Source: a virus (lineage: Duplodnaviria > Caudoviricetes). From it: DNA of 59,874 nucleotides. Under the pieces are notes generated by a model. The model ran no database searches. It was not told the origin of the DNA and was given only the letters and a program-made list of their open reading frames with translations. Made by a program: the position numbers and the translations under genes. The stretch lies in IMG/VR virus record IMGVR_UViG_3300025133_000113, positions 1 to 59,874 of that record. One strand, written 5' to 3'. Shown piece after piece: positions 8,878-18,551 of the stretch (position 1 is its first letter; the number at the start of each line of letters is the position of its first letter).

Positions 8878-9411
8878 ATGAGAAAGTTTATACTAGCATT
8901 TTTAGTCATATTTTCCTTATCTTCCTGTAATTGGATTGGTGTTGATGACACTAATAGTCAAAGGTTTGAGATTTCGGGAACTTGGTTATTGGTTCGTGGT
9001 AATTTCTATGTTGAGCGACATTACACTCACGAAGTAGAGGTCACAGACCATTTCGCTAATGGTTCCACCAGTAGTTTGAATGTTGATGGTAGTGATTTCG
9101 CAATTGAGGTCTTGGTGAAGGATTCAACTGAGTGGACATTTTACCCACAAAATACGGTTATAGATGAATTCTGGCTTAATCATGACGCCACACATCCATA
9201 TGCACTCAATCAGTTCACTGAGTACCAGTTTACGGTCTTCGAGTATCCTGTTGGTAACCAGCAGATTGGTGGAAGTGCAAGACCCCTTACTATTTTACAA
9301 ACAACTAATGAATATATGAAGATTAGGGTACAGGAAACCATTGGTTCAATTGATGGTTGGAATGTTACTTATTGGTCAATCTTGGAGTTTGAGAAGGTCG
9401 CCTCTTGGTAG
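8878..9411 (+). CDS. lipoprotein, lipocalin-like
   Basis: MRKFILAFLVIFSLSS-C lipobox; ISGTWLL resembles the lipocalin GxW motif. Confidence 0.7.
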   Translation: MRKFILAFLVIFSLSSCNWIGVDDTNSQRFEISGTWLLVRGNFYVERHYTHEVEVTDHFANGSTSSLNVDGSDFAIEVLVKDSTEWTFYPQNTVIDEFWLNHDATHPYALNQFTEYQFTVFEYPVGNQQIGGSARPLTILQTTNEYMKIRVQETIGSIDGWNVTYWSILEFEKVASW

Positions 9412-9673
9412 TGCGTTTCTTAGGTTTGCTAGGTGTCAAGTACCCACCCATCGCTTTTTTGATTATTTCATCATCAACATTGAATATGTCCTTTAAACTT
9501 TCGAATACGTTCCTTTTGATTCGGTCACGACCATTCTCAGATAGGTATATCACTTTATTGACATCTATTATGACACCTCTGGTGAATTTTTTATTCTTAC
9601 GGTCTTTGACCTTATCAATATTGAATGACTTGTATAAAAACTCTCTTATGTATAGAATTAACTGTGAATCCAT
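9365..9673 (-). CDS. basic hypothetical protein
   Basis: Late motif ATATTTAT at 9678-9685, 4 nt before ATG. Confidence 0.6.
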   Translation of the reverse strand: MDSQLILYIREFLYKSFNIDKVKDRKNKKFTRGVIIDVNKVIYLSENGRDRIKRNVFESLKDIFNVDDEIIKKAMGGYLTPSKPKKRTTKRRPSQTPRLTNK

Positions 9674-9687
9674 ACAAATAAATATCG

Positions 9688-10122
9688 ATGAGGTTTGATG
9701 AAAATATACATTTTCACTTCATGTCCATCATGAGTGAGATGGTGGTGATGTATTATGACCATTACCATGGTGTTACGGTTGCCGCTAGTCTTCAAAGCAC
9801 TAGGCAAGAAACCCCATCCACGATATTGGTGAGAAGTGGCACTAAAGGGGCTTTTGAGGCATTCTGCGGCACTATTAGGCGTTATGTGGTAAATCCTACC
9901 ACTAAAGACTTTTACGTAACGGAGAGGCGAGAAGAGGTACTTATCACTTGGTTGATGATGGAGCTTGAGGGTGAGTTCGGATTGGATGAGGCAATGGCGG
10001 CAGAGATGATATCAGATTTTTTTGCCGATTACTATTACCGTGATATTTATACAATACAGAAGACAATTAATGATTATTTCTTCCCTAACGGGTATTACAA
10101 CAAATTAAAAGGTAACTTATGA
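9688..10122 (+). CDS. hypothetical protein
   Basis: ORF coupled to thioredoxin. Confidence 0.6.
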   Translation: MRFDENIHFHFMSIMSEMVVMYYDHYHGVTVAASLQSTRQETPSTILVRSGTKGAFEAFCGTIRRYVVNPTTKDFYVTERREEVLITWLMMELEGEFGLDEAMAAEMISDFFADYYYRDIYTIQKTINDYFFPNGYYNKLKGNL

Positions 10123-10421
10123 TAGTAACAGATGCAAATATAGATGAAACCATCAAGGATGGTATAGTATTATTAGATTTTTGGGCAGAATGGTGTGGTC
10201 CTTGTCGAATGATGACACCAATAATTGAGATGATTGAAACCGCCAACCCTTCCGTTAAGGTGGGTAAGGTTGATGTGACCACAGAATCTAGGTCAGCAGC
10301 CAAGTTCGGAGTGCGTGGCATCCCTAAATTGGTATTCATGAAGAATGGAGAAATCGTTCATGAATCTACTGGTGTAATGGGTCAAGGCGCAATTCAAATG
10401 AAATTAAATGAAATTGCTTAA
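10119..10421 (+). CDS. trxA: thioredoxin
   Basis: DFWAEWCGPC active site; VRGIP cis-Pro motif. Confidence 0.95.
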   Translation: MIVTDANIDETIKDGIVLLDFWAEWCGPCRMMTPIIEMIETANPSVKVGKVDVTTESRSAAKFGVRGIPKLVFMKNGEIVHESTGVMGQGAIQMKLNEIA

Positions 10422-10444
10422 GGCTGCGTTATATTTATAGATGA

Positions 10445-10792
10445 ATGAGTAAGAAAATCGTCATAAATGAAACTCAGTTGGATAGGCTGGTTAATCGACT
10501 TAATGAGAATAATGGTATATATTCCAAGACCGTTAATAAAATCAAGGACGATTTAGATATGAACTATGAACCACAGGTGGTTACCGAGCGTAGAGGTGGT
10601 GAATACTTCGAAAGTGCTGGATTCGCAATAAAAGCTGATGGTACGCTTACTAATGGTAAGGACTTATTCAAATATTTAAGTAATAAGTATGATGATGTTG
10701 GTGGTGACTTCCTCAAGCAACTCATACGGGATTGGGCTGATAAGAAGATAGTTAATGGTGCGTTAACTAAAAACATGTCGATGAAAAAGTGA
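10445..10792 (+). CDS. hypothetical protein, possible internal head protein
   Basis: Late motif at 10431; N-terminus KKIVINETQL..L..RLNE. Confidence 0.7.
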   Translation: MSKKIVINETQLDRLVNRLNENNGIYSKTVNKIKDDLDMNYEPQVVTERRGGEYFESAGFAIKADGTLTNGKDLFKYLSNKYDDVGGDFLKQLIRDWADKKIVNGALTKNMSMKK

Positions 10793-10793
10793 G

Positions 10794-11108
10794 ATGAAAG
10801 ACAAGATAAGAGATATACTACGGGAAGCTAACGGCAGTGTGGATACTTATCTAGAAGAAACTTTCGAAAAGAAGATTTTAGAGTCGATATCGACCAGAAA
10901 CAAGAAAAGGGCTGAAGCTTGGCTCACCTATAATCAGGTAATTCTAGAGCTAAAACACAACGTAAAGGATGGTCTAAGGGTTAAAGAACTTCAGTATCGA
11001 TTAACGAATTCCGAGAACCCCAATAAAGTATGTCTGGATGTTCTGATTGATATTAAGAAAAATAGTCCAGAACTAGAACGATTGTACTACAAAATAATGA
11101 ACTTTTAA
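10794..11108 (+). CDS. hypothetical protein, paralogue of 11174..11515
   Basis: Shared EL.YRLT..ENPN.V.LD.L motif. Confidence 0.7.
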   Translation: MKDKIRDILREANGSVDTYLEETFEKKILESISTRNKKRAEAWLTYNQVILELKHNVKDGLRVKELQYRLTNSENPNKVCLDVLIDIKKNSPELERLYYKIMNF

Positions 11109-11173
11109 TGGTCGTTAGGTGTAGCTCATTGCTATTTATAGAAGAATAACAATTCTATTAAAAACAATGTGCC

Positions 11174-11515
11174 ATGAGCCTAAACGATTTTATAATAGAC
11201 CACGGTTACAGCGACAATAGGTACCTAAACACTGCCTACAAACGTTTCCTACAACGTGAAGTAAACACACTCATTGATGAAAGTAAAATTGAACGATGGG
11301 AAATCTACAACATGATAGCCGATGAGTTAGTAAAATTTGGTTACCTGACTGAATTCGAAGAGCTTAAGTATAGACTTACTGAGCTAGAAAACCCTAACGA
11401 TGTGATACTAGATATCTTATCTTATATCAATGAACCACCAACCATATTTATGACCCTATATCATATGATTGAGCAATATGCAGATGAGGATTTTTATTCT
11501 AAATTCGGTACGTAA
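11174..11515 (+). CDS. hypothetical protein, paralogue of 10794..11108
   Basis: ELKYRLTELENPNDVILDIL. Confidence 0.7.
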   Translation: MSLNDFIIDHGYSDNRYLNTAYKRFLQREVNTLIDESKIERWEIYNMIADELVKFGYLTEFEELKYRLTELENPNDVILDILSYINEPPTIFMTLYHMIEQYADEDFYSKFGT

Positions 11516-11547
11516 CTTGTTTTAGTCGGAAAAAATCTGTATCTTTG
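11516..11547 (+). promoter_or_regulatory. Bacteroidota sigma70-type promoter
   Basis: CTTG-N20-TATCTTTG; ATG 4 nt downstream. Confidence 0.75.
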
Positions 11548-11551
11548 ATTA

Positions 11552-12976
11552 ATGGGTAAGAACACCACCGATAATCGCATCAACTACCTTATTGAACAGT
11601 TCAACGTCTTCGATATCGATGATGAAGGTGAGGTGTTGGATGAGTATGGTGAGGCTGGCTTCAGTAGTATCGTACAGGTACAAGACCCTTTGACTGATGA
11701 GGTGATTGCTTTCCATTCGGAGAAGTATCGTAACGAACGTTCCACCAAGTTAGTCAAAAAGGTTTCCGTTGAGGTAACCATTCTTGGTCGCATGATAGCG
11801 GCTGACCCCACGAATAACAAGATGTTTGTACAGTGGATGCTAAAGGTGTTCACCAATATGCTTAAATATGGTTCCGATAAGGATGCCATACGTTTTGCTT
11901 GTGAGGATTTACCCATAGCCAAGGAATATCTTGAGGTATTTGAGGCTAATAAGCGTAAACAGACCTTCGATAGGTACTGCAAAGCCAATTTCAACCTTAA
12001 ACATATACAGGATTACAGTAATATCAACCAGTATAATAATCTATCAGAACTATTTGATGCTGTAGACCCTTACATTGAGAAGGATGTCTCTGGGCTTAAA
12101 CGAGCCATGCAACGTTCTGTTGATATGAGGGAAGCTGAGATAAGTTTCAAAGACCGCCATTTCACAGTATTCATACCTAAAACCAAAGAAGCTGCCACCA
12201 TATTTCACAAGTTCACCAAATGGTGTACTGCGGTTCCAAGTCAAACCAATTATAAACAATATGTTAATGAGTTAAGACCTGATGGTAAGAAATCCAAGTT
12301 ATTTGTAATCATACCCACAGACCTATTTGAGGGTACTGGTGAAGAATTGTACCAGATTCACTTCGAGAGTGGTCAATTCATGGATAAATCAGACAGAAGT
12401 GTTGGTACCCTGAACATATTCAACGAAAGTGAATCTCTCAAGAACTATATCATGAGTGAATTGAGAAGTTTATTGGATATGGGTGGAAATGCTATGAACA
12501 ACAAGTATATGAGTTGGATATACAAGTTCGAAATGGGTTATTTACTATTCGATTTATTGGATGAGAAGTTGGATAATATGAGGGTTAAAGATAAAGCAAT
12601 AAAGAGGGTACCTAAAAGTATTTCCAGATATGGACGATTAACCAGACTAGCTTTAACAGGGTGTCAGATTGACGAGATTGATGAAAATCTTGGTTATTTA
12701 GATAGGTTGGAGTTATTGAGTTTGAATAGAAACAACATATCAAAACTTCCTGACAGTATAGGGCAGTTGAAGAAGCTAAAATATTTAACATTGGGTAATA
12801 ACCCACTATTTGAGTTACCTTATACCATTCGAGAGTTGGATACATCCAACGGTGGAAGTTTGATTTGGGTCAGCATCAGTAGCCTTTACTTAGCTGAGGA
12901 AATTAAAGAGTATTTACCTAACGTGACCATAATTATGAATACACCAAAACCATACACTTATGCTGAAAACTTATAG
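11552..12976 (+). CDS. leucine-rich-repeat protein with N-terminal WCT-motif domain
   Basis: About four 23-aa LxxLxLxxNxIxxLPxxIxxL repeats at the C-terminus; TKWCTA...YQIHFESGQFMD. Confidence 0.85.
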   Translation: MGKNTTDNRINYLIEQFNVFDIDDEGEVLDEYGEAGFSSIVQVQDPLTDEVIAFHSEKYRNERSTKLVKKVSVEVTILGRMIAADPTNNKMFVQWMLKVFTNMLKYGSDKDAIRFACEDLPIAKEYLEVFEANKRKQTFDRYCKANFNLKHIQDYSNINQYNNLSELFDAVDPYIEKDVSGLKRAMQRSVDMREAEISFKDRHFTVFIPKTKEAATIFHKFTKWCTAVPSQTNYKQYVNELRPDGKKSKLFVIIPTDLFEGTGEELYQIHFESGQFMDKSDRSVGTLNIFNESESLKNYIMSELRSLLDMGGNAMNNKYMSWIYKFEMGYLLFDLLDEKLDNMRVKDKAIKRVPKSISRYGRLTRLALTGCQIDEIDENLGYLDRLELLSLNRNNISKLPDSIGQLKKLKYLTLGNNPLFELPYTIRELDTSNGGSLIWVSISSLYLAEEIKEYLPNVTIIMNTPKPYTYAENL

Positions 12977-13112
12977 ATTAGTAACCAAGGATGGTGAGAC
13001 CATCAAGAGCATTGAATGTTATGGAAAATATGATGCCGTAGTCATCTTCGGTAAGATTAAGAATCTAAAGGTTAGAGACCTACTGGAAATTTTTTCAATA
13101 GAATGTGATTAA
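12960..13112 (+). CDS. 50-aa hypothetical protein (not in ORF track)
   Basis: MLKTYRLVTKDGETIKSIEC...LLEIFSIECD; overlaps the LRR gene end. Confidence 0.55.
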   Translation: MLKTYRLVTKDGETIKSIECYGKYDAVVIFGKIKNLKVRDLLEIFSIECD

Positions 13113-13186
13113 AATTAACACTTTCGCTATCCTGTTCTATATTTATCTGTAGAAAAATAAATTTAAGCTTAAAAAATTTTCCAGAC

Positions 13187-13387
13187 ATGTCAGATAAGAA
13201 AACAAAAGTAGTAAGACTTAGCGAAGCTAAGATAGTAGATATCATTGATAAATTGGCTACTGAAGAAGTAAACAAAAGATTAGCAGAAGCTAAGAAAGCT
13301 TCAGATGCAGCTTTGATTGAAAACGAAATCAAAACACTACAAGCAAAACTAGGTAAGCTCAACGAGACTACTGAAGTAGCAAAGTAA
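13187..13387 (+). CDS. small coiled-coil protein, possible head protein
   Basis: Own late motif (13139) and terminator; KVVRLSE N-terminus. Confidence 0.75.
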   Translation: MSDKKTKVVRLSEAKIVDIIDKLATEEVNKRLAEAKKASDAALIENEIKTLQAKLGKLNETTEVAK

Positions 13388-13408
13388 TTAAAAGTACAAC
13401 AAAAACGT

Positions 13409-13435
13409 AAAGCCGAGGTATATGCCTTGGCTTTT
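13409..13435 (+). terminator. intrinsic terminator
   Basis: AGCCGAGGTA-TA-TGCCTTGGCT hairpin followed by a T run. Confidence 0.75.
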
Positions 13436-13454
13436 CGTGCTTTACCCCTACCAG

Positions 13455-13486
13455 GTTGTTTTATGAATAAATAAGGTGTATATTTG
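13455..13486 (+). promoter_or_regulatory. Bacteroidota sigma70-type promoter
   Basis: GTTG-N20-TATATTTG. Confidence 0.7.
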
Positions 13487-13504
13487 TAACAACAACAAAC
13501 AACA

Positions 13505-14302
13505 ATGACAGACGAGAGAATTATACTCCCTGTTGGTAAAGCATACCAACGGGTTATTCGTGAACGTAAGGACGAGGAAGAACGAAATTCACCAGATGAA
13601 CCTATCTGGCATGGAATCAACAGAGACATATCAAATGCGGTGGTTAAACCCATCGAACGTAGTTTAGCGAAGGAAATCGTGGAGAAGTATGAATGGTTAG
13701 GTTGTATGCCAGCAATTTGTATGTATTACTTCGGTATCTTCTATGATGATGTCTGTGCTGGTGTGACGGTATTCGGTAAAGAGTATAGTGAAAACCTTGG
13801 GCATTGGGATAAGTACCATTATACTGGTAGGATGTTATTATTGGCTAGGGGTGTCTGCGTTAATTGGGCACACGAACACTCTGGTAGTAAGCTAATTATG
13901 GAGAGTATAAAGCAATTACCACCAGAATATGATGTTATAACGGCAACGATTGACCAAGCGGCAGGGGAAGTTGGTACTATTTATCAAGCGTGTAACTTTG
14001 TTTACACTGGTAGCATGAGAGAATCTAACCCAAATATCAAGAATGTGAAACCTAAGAATAGGTTTGGCGTTAGAATAGCTTGTGATAAATTCCCAAATGG
14101 AAAAATATACGGCTCTAGGTCTATGAGAGCTAAGGTTGGTAGTCAAAAGAAAGAAGATATACTAGCAGCATACCCTGATGCCGAATTCGTACCACAATAC
14201 AATAAGCACAGATACTTCTACTATCGTGGGAGTAAATCAAATAAAAAATTCTTAAAGAAACAAGTGGCTCATATGATTAAGTCATACCCTAAGCGTTCTT
14301 AA
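13505..14302 (+). CDS. Mom-like (GNAT-fold) DNA adenine modification enzyme
   Basis: GEVGTIYQACNFVYTG matches the Mom-family GTIYQA.N..Y.G motif; LARG, KHRYFY. Confidence 0.7.
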   Translation: MTDERIILPVGKAYQRVIRERKDEEERNSPDEPIWHGINRDISNAVVKPIERSLAKEIVEKYEWLGCMPAICMYYFGIFYDDVCAGVTVFGKEYSENLGHWDKYHYTGRMLLLARGVCVNWAHEHSGSKLIMESIKQLPPEYDVITATIDQAAGEVGTIYQACNFVYTGSMRESNPNIKNVKPKNRFGVRIACDKFPNGKIYGSRSMRAKVGSQKKEDILAAYPDAEFVPQYNKHRYFYYRGSKSNKKFLKKQVAHMIKSYPKRS

Positions 14303-14340
14303 CATTTGCTTTTTACAGAAAAAACCTTTATATTTACAAG

Positions 14341-15078
14341 ATGGACAAGAAAATAATAGCTATAGCAGCGACACTAGTAGTAGTAATGGCAATCATTCTA
14401 GCACAGACGATTTCCAATCGCTATAACATATCACAACTATCCGAAACGGTTAGTTGCCATGACAGCGTATTAGCAGTTATGAACCCAATCCCACATAACT
14501 TCAATCATGTTATGAGGATATTCAGCCATTATAATCCAGAAGTGGATACCAATATTACCACTACGTTCCTAGATGTCGTTAACCATTTCGAATTGGGTAA
14601 TGACACTACGGTATTGGATTGGTTAATTGGGCAGGTTTGCCTTGAGAGTGGTGCCAGACAGTATTACCAGTCAGAACATAAAAAAGCTGGTAAGGTCATC
14701 AGAGGTACTTCAGGTGAGGTGGGTATTACTCAGATAATGCCAGTTACGGCTATAGGGTACCTTAAAAAACATGTTTTAGATGAAACTGAGTTATATGACC
14801 TTGGCGCAACTAACTTCGATTTCGTTCACGAAAAGGGTGGTCATAGGAAGGAAATCATCGAATGGTTAAGTAATCCGACCAATAATATAATATTGTGGGG
14901 ATTGATGACCAGAGATAATCTTCGAGCCAACGGTATGTTGAAGGGTCTTGTTGTGTATAACGCAGGTCAGAGAGGTATGGAGAGGTTTACTAAGCGTAGA
15001 GCGCCAGAGGAACATTCATATATCGTTCACCTCAAAGATACTTTGGGTGACATAAACGAGATGTTAGCTGATTGTTAA
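14341..15078 (+). CDS. membrane-anchored lytic transglycosylase (SLT domain)
   Basis: N-terminal TM; LES catalytic Glu, GITQIMP.TA, NP..NI, YNAG; promoter TTTG-N20-TATATTTA at 14305-14336. Confidence 0.8.
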   Translation: MDKKIIAIAATLVVVMAIILAQTISNRYNISQLSETVSCHDSVLAVMNPIPHNFNHVMRIFSHYNPEVDTNITTTFLDVVNHFELGNDTTVLDWLIGQVCLESGARQYYQSEHKKAGKVIRGTSGEVGITQIMPVTAIGYLKKHVLDETELYDLGATNFDFVHEKGGHRKEIIEWLSNPTNNIILWGLMTRDNLRANGMLKGLVVYNAGQRGMERFTKRRAPEEHSYIVHLKDTLGDINEMLADC

Positions 15079-15986
15079 TGACCTCTTTCGAATGCGTGTA
15101 GTCCGTCATTAACCCTATTCGCACCAGCACGTTCCCAGAACATTCTATTGTTCTCATTGGTAGGTACGTATAACTTATTCATTGTAGGTACTTGTCGGAA
15201 TAACATTGGTATAGCGTCACGGATAATCTTCAAAGGTTTTTCTTCCTCAGCACCACCAATATTCAAGATAGTGGCTTCATCATCGGATGGTGAACCAGAT
15301 ACATTACTGATTTCTATGCCACCTAACGGTCTATCACCATCATAGATGATATAGATAGTGGTTTTAGGGTTTTCATCGGCTATAGATATCTTAGTCGCAG
15401 CCTCATGTATACTTCTACGTATCATTGGGAACGCTTCCTCATCAATTCCAGCAGCATCCATCTTACTGTAGTAGTCAGGTTCATCTATTAGATGGTCTTT
15501 GGCTATTTCTTTAGCTTTAGCATCATCATCAGTGTGTTCCTTTTCATCTTCGGCACCAGCTTTAAGCTCGTCTTTTATTTTATCCACATCAATATCGTGA
15601 TGCTTGGCTATGTCGCCAGTTGATAGGTTGTCAGCTTTACCGCCTTTGATTTTATCTTCGTTCATCGTCTTTGGTTCTCTAATTAATGTATCTTGAAATC
15701 GATAATCTTTATTTCTACCCTTGTTCGGTACGAATCCGAAACGTTTATAGAAAGAGATTAACCTACCTTTCGAGCTACCATATGAGCTTGACGCTGTTAA
15801 CGTCACTATCATATTATTTTTATCCGCATAATCTATGATATCATCCATTATCTTAGTACCATAACCCTCTTCCTTTACACCATCTTTTAGGATTATTGAG
15901 TGTAATCTCAGGTGGTCACCCTTTTCTGAAATGAATAACTCATCCAAAACCTCATCGTACTTAGAGTTTAATATGTCCTCTATCAT
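15075..15986 (-). CDS. GNAT-like / His-Glu motif / GNAT-like modular protein
   Basis: GYGTKIM...LISFYKRFGF; GGKAD...EKEHTDD...EIAKDHL...YYSK; C-terminal FWERAGA; late motif at 15991. Confidence 0.7.
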   Translation of the reverse strand: MIEDILNSKYDEVLDELFISEKGDHLRLHSIILKDGVKEEGYGTKIMDDIIDYADKNNMIVTLTASSSYGSSKGRLISFYKRFGFVPNKGRNKDYRFQDTLIREPKTMNEDKIKGGKADNLSTGDIAKHHDIDVDKIKDELKAGAEDEKEHTDDDAKAKEIAKDHLIDEPDYYSKMDAAGIDEEAFPMIRRSIHEAATKISIADENPKTTIYIIYDGDRPLGGIEISNVSGSPSDDEATILNIGGAEEEKPLKIIRDAIPMLFRQVPTMNKLYVPTNENNRMFWERAGANRVNDGLHAFERGH

Positions 15987-15998
15987 ATCTATAAATAT

Positions 15999-16024
15999 AA
16001 AAGGGTTGAGTAAAAACTCAACCC
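15999..16024 (-). terminator. intrinsic terminator after clpC
   Basis: GGGTTGAGT-AAAA-ACTCAACCC stem with a T tail on -. Confidence 0.75.
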
Positions 16025-16047
16025 CTTCAAATCACAGTTTACTAAGC

Positions 16048-18528
16048 TTATTTTTTAACGTAAACCTTACCTTCTTTCTTATCGAAGGAAATGTTCACCG
16101 TATCACCTTCTTTGACGTTCTTCAATAGAATCTCATCAGCAATTAGGTCACCAACATGGACTTGTATCGCTCTAGCCAACGGTCTGGCACCATATTCATC
16201 ATGGTAACCTTCATCAGCTAGGAACTCAATAGCACCTTTATCTAATTTGATATCATATCCTTTGTCAATCAATCTAGCTTTCAATGCCGCCAGTTCGATA
16301 TGGATAATCTTATGTATATCAGCTACCTTCAATTGGTTGAAGATGATGCAATCGTCAATACGGTTAAGGAATTCAGGAGCAAACTTCTTCTTAAGTGCTT
16401 TCTCAATGATACCTCTATGCTTTGCATCCTTGTTCGCCAAGGTATGTGTGGTCTTAAATCCTAATCCGTCACCAAATGCGCTCAATTGCTTCACACCCAC
16501 GTTGGATGTTAGTACGATAAGACAGTTCTTGAAGTCTACTTTTCTACCCAGACCATCAGTCAACTGACCTTCATCCAGTAATTGTAGTAGGATGTTGAAT
16601 ACGTCAGGGTGCGCTTTCTCAATCTCATCGAATAAGATAACAGAGTAAGGCTTTCTACGGACTTTCTCGGTCAATTGACCACCTTGTTCGTACCCTACAT
16701 AACCTGGAGGGGCACCTACTAATCGTGATACTGTATACTTCTCCATGTACTCACTCATATCCATTCTAATCATGGCATCTGAGTCACCAAACATTTGTAT
16801 TGCGAGTTGCTTTGCCAGTTCAGTTTTACCAACACCAGTAGGACCCAAGAATATGAAGGAACCGATTGGTTTGCTCTCGTCCTTGATTCCAAGTCTGTTA
16901 CGTTTGATTGCTTTGGTCACCTTATCGATGGCATCATCTTGCCCAATAATTGCTTTCTTAAGCACTTTGTGCATACCCACCAATCGTTTGTTCTCTTGGC
17001 TTGATACTTTACTTACAGGAATACCAGTCATATTGGCTACAACCTCACATATTTCTTCCACACCGACTTTGGTTCGCTTCTCATCCAGAGATTTCTCCCA
17101 TTCTTCGCTTGCTTTGGCTAGTTCCTTCTCAATCTTAACACCTTCATCTCTCAGCTTTGCCGCTTCCTCATAACGTGATTGATTAACCACTATTTCCTTT
17201 TCACGGTCTACTTTGTTTCTAGCTTCTTCCAGACCTTTAATGCGTTCTGGTTTAACTTGGGTTAGGTTTGTGGCTGCACCAGCCTCATCCATAACGTCAA
17301 TAGCCTTATCAGGCATCGCTCGGTCACTTATATATCTGTCAGACATCTTAACACATTCTTCAATGGCTTCGTCCGTATAAAGAACCTTGTGATGTTCTTC
17401 GTATTTACCTTTAATGTTGCTTAGAATCGTGGTTGTTTCTTCCAAGGTTGGTTCTTCAACCAGTACTTGTTGGAATCTACGTGTTAATGCCCCATCTTTT
17501 TCGATATTCTCTCTGAATTCGTCAAGTGTGGTGGCACCAATAATCTGTAGTTCACCGTTAGCTAATGCAGGTTTGAAGATATTAGATGCATCCAACGCTC
17601 CTGTTGCATTACCAGCACCCACCATTGTGTGTAACTCGTCAATAAACAGGATGACATTAGGTGATAACTTCAATTCATCCATTATAGTCTTAATACGTTC
17701 TTCGAATTGACCTCTATATTTAGTTCCAGCTACTAGAGATGCAAGGTTAAGAGAATATATCTTCTTATCTTTTATTACCCTTGGGGCTTTATTCTTTTGA
17801 ATTAATAAGGCTAACCCTTCAATGATAGATGTCTTACCAACTCCTGGTTCCCCAATAAGAACTGGGTTATTTTTTTTACGTCTGGATAGAATCATGGATA
17901 CCCGTTTGATTTCCTTTTCTCTACCCACCACAGGGTCTACTTCACCCTTCTTAACCGCTTCAGATATGTCTCTACAATATTTATCTAATTCTGGTGTATG
18001 ATTTTGCCCTTTAGTTAGTGTCCCTGTTCTCTTAGGGCGCTTTGGTCTTCTGCTGCCAGTGTCTTCATAATCTTCTTCACTCTCATCATATCTGCTCATT
18101 ATTATAATAGCTTCTTTATATTCATTGTAATTAACACCAAACTTATTCATTGTTTTGGTGATATCATCTGTTCGTTTCAATATTGCTAGGAATAGGTGAG
18201 CCGTATCTATGGTGGTTTCACCTAGGTTCACTGACTCTGCTTCTAATTTTTTAAATACGCTTTGTACCGCATTGGAATACCCTATCGATTTGGTCTCATA
18301 GGGTCTTGGTGTAAGGTCATTTGTGTATACTATCTCGTATAGAGTATCATAAAGTTTGCTGGTATCGACCTTCATGTGGTCTAATACACTTATTGCTCTA
18401 TTATCTCCATCCAATAATGTACTAAGTATGATGTGACCTAATTGCACATCATACCCATTGTGTTCCTTAACACCTCTTTTAGCATCCGTAAGGATTGCCT
18501 TTAATTTAGGTTCAACCTCTCTATCCAT
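16048..18528 (-). CDS. clpC: ClpC-type AAA+ chaperone / protease ATPase subunit
   Basis: Clp-N repeats; GEPGVGKT and GPTGVGKT Walker A; FIDELH, FDEIEKAH; UVR-type YEEAAKLRD; LGF loop. Confidence 0.92.
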   Translation of the reverse strand: MDREVEPKLKAILTDAKRGVKEHNGYDVQLGHIILSTLLDGDNRAISVLDHMKVDTSKLYDTLYEIVYTNDLTPRPYETKSIGYSNAVQSVFKKLEAESVNLGETTIDTAHLFLAILKRTDDITKTMNKFGVNYNEYKEAIIIMSRYDESEEDYEDTGSRRPKRPKRTGTLTKGQNHTPELDKYCRDISEAVKKGEVDPVVGREKEIKRVSMILSRRKKNNPVLIGEPGVGKTSIIEGLALLIQKNKAPRVIKDKKIYSLNLASLVAGTKYRGQFEERIKTIMDELKLSPNVILFIDELHTMVGAGNATGALDASNIFKPALANGELQIIGATTLDEFRENIEKDGALTRRFQQVLVEEPTLEETTTILSNIKGKYEEHHKVLYTDEAIEECVKMSDRYISDRAMPDKAIDVMDEAGAATNLTQVKPERIKGLEEARNKVDREKEIVVNQSRYEEAAKLRDEGVKIEKELAKASEEWEKSLDEKRTKVGVEEICEVVANMTGIPVSKVSSQENKRLVGMHKVLKKAIIGQDDAIDKVTKAIKRNRLGIKDESKPIGSFIFLGPTGVGKTELAKQLAIQMFGDSDAMIRMDMSEYMEKYTVSRLVGAPPGYVGYEQGGQLTEKVRRKPYSVILFDEIEKAHPDVFNILLQLLDEGQLTDGLGRKVDFKNCLIVLTSNVGVKQLSAFGDGLGFKTTHTLANKDAKHRGIIEKALKKKFAPEFLNRIDDCIIFNQLKVADIHKIIHIELAALKARLIDKGYDIKLDKGAIEFLADEGYHDEYGARPLARAIQVHVGDLIADEILLKNVKEGDTVNISFDKKEGKVYVKK

Positions 18529-18551
18529 AGTTCCTATTTTTCTAGCTGAAA

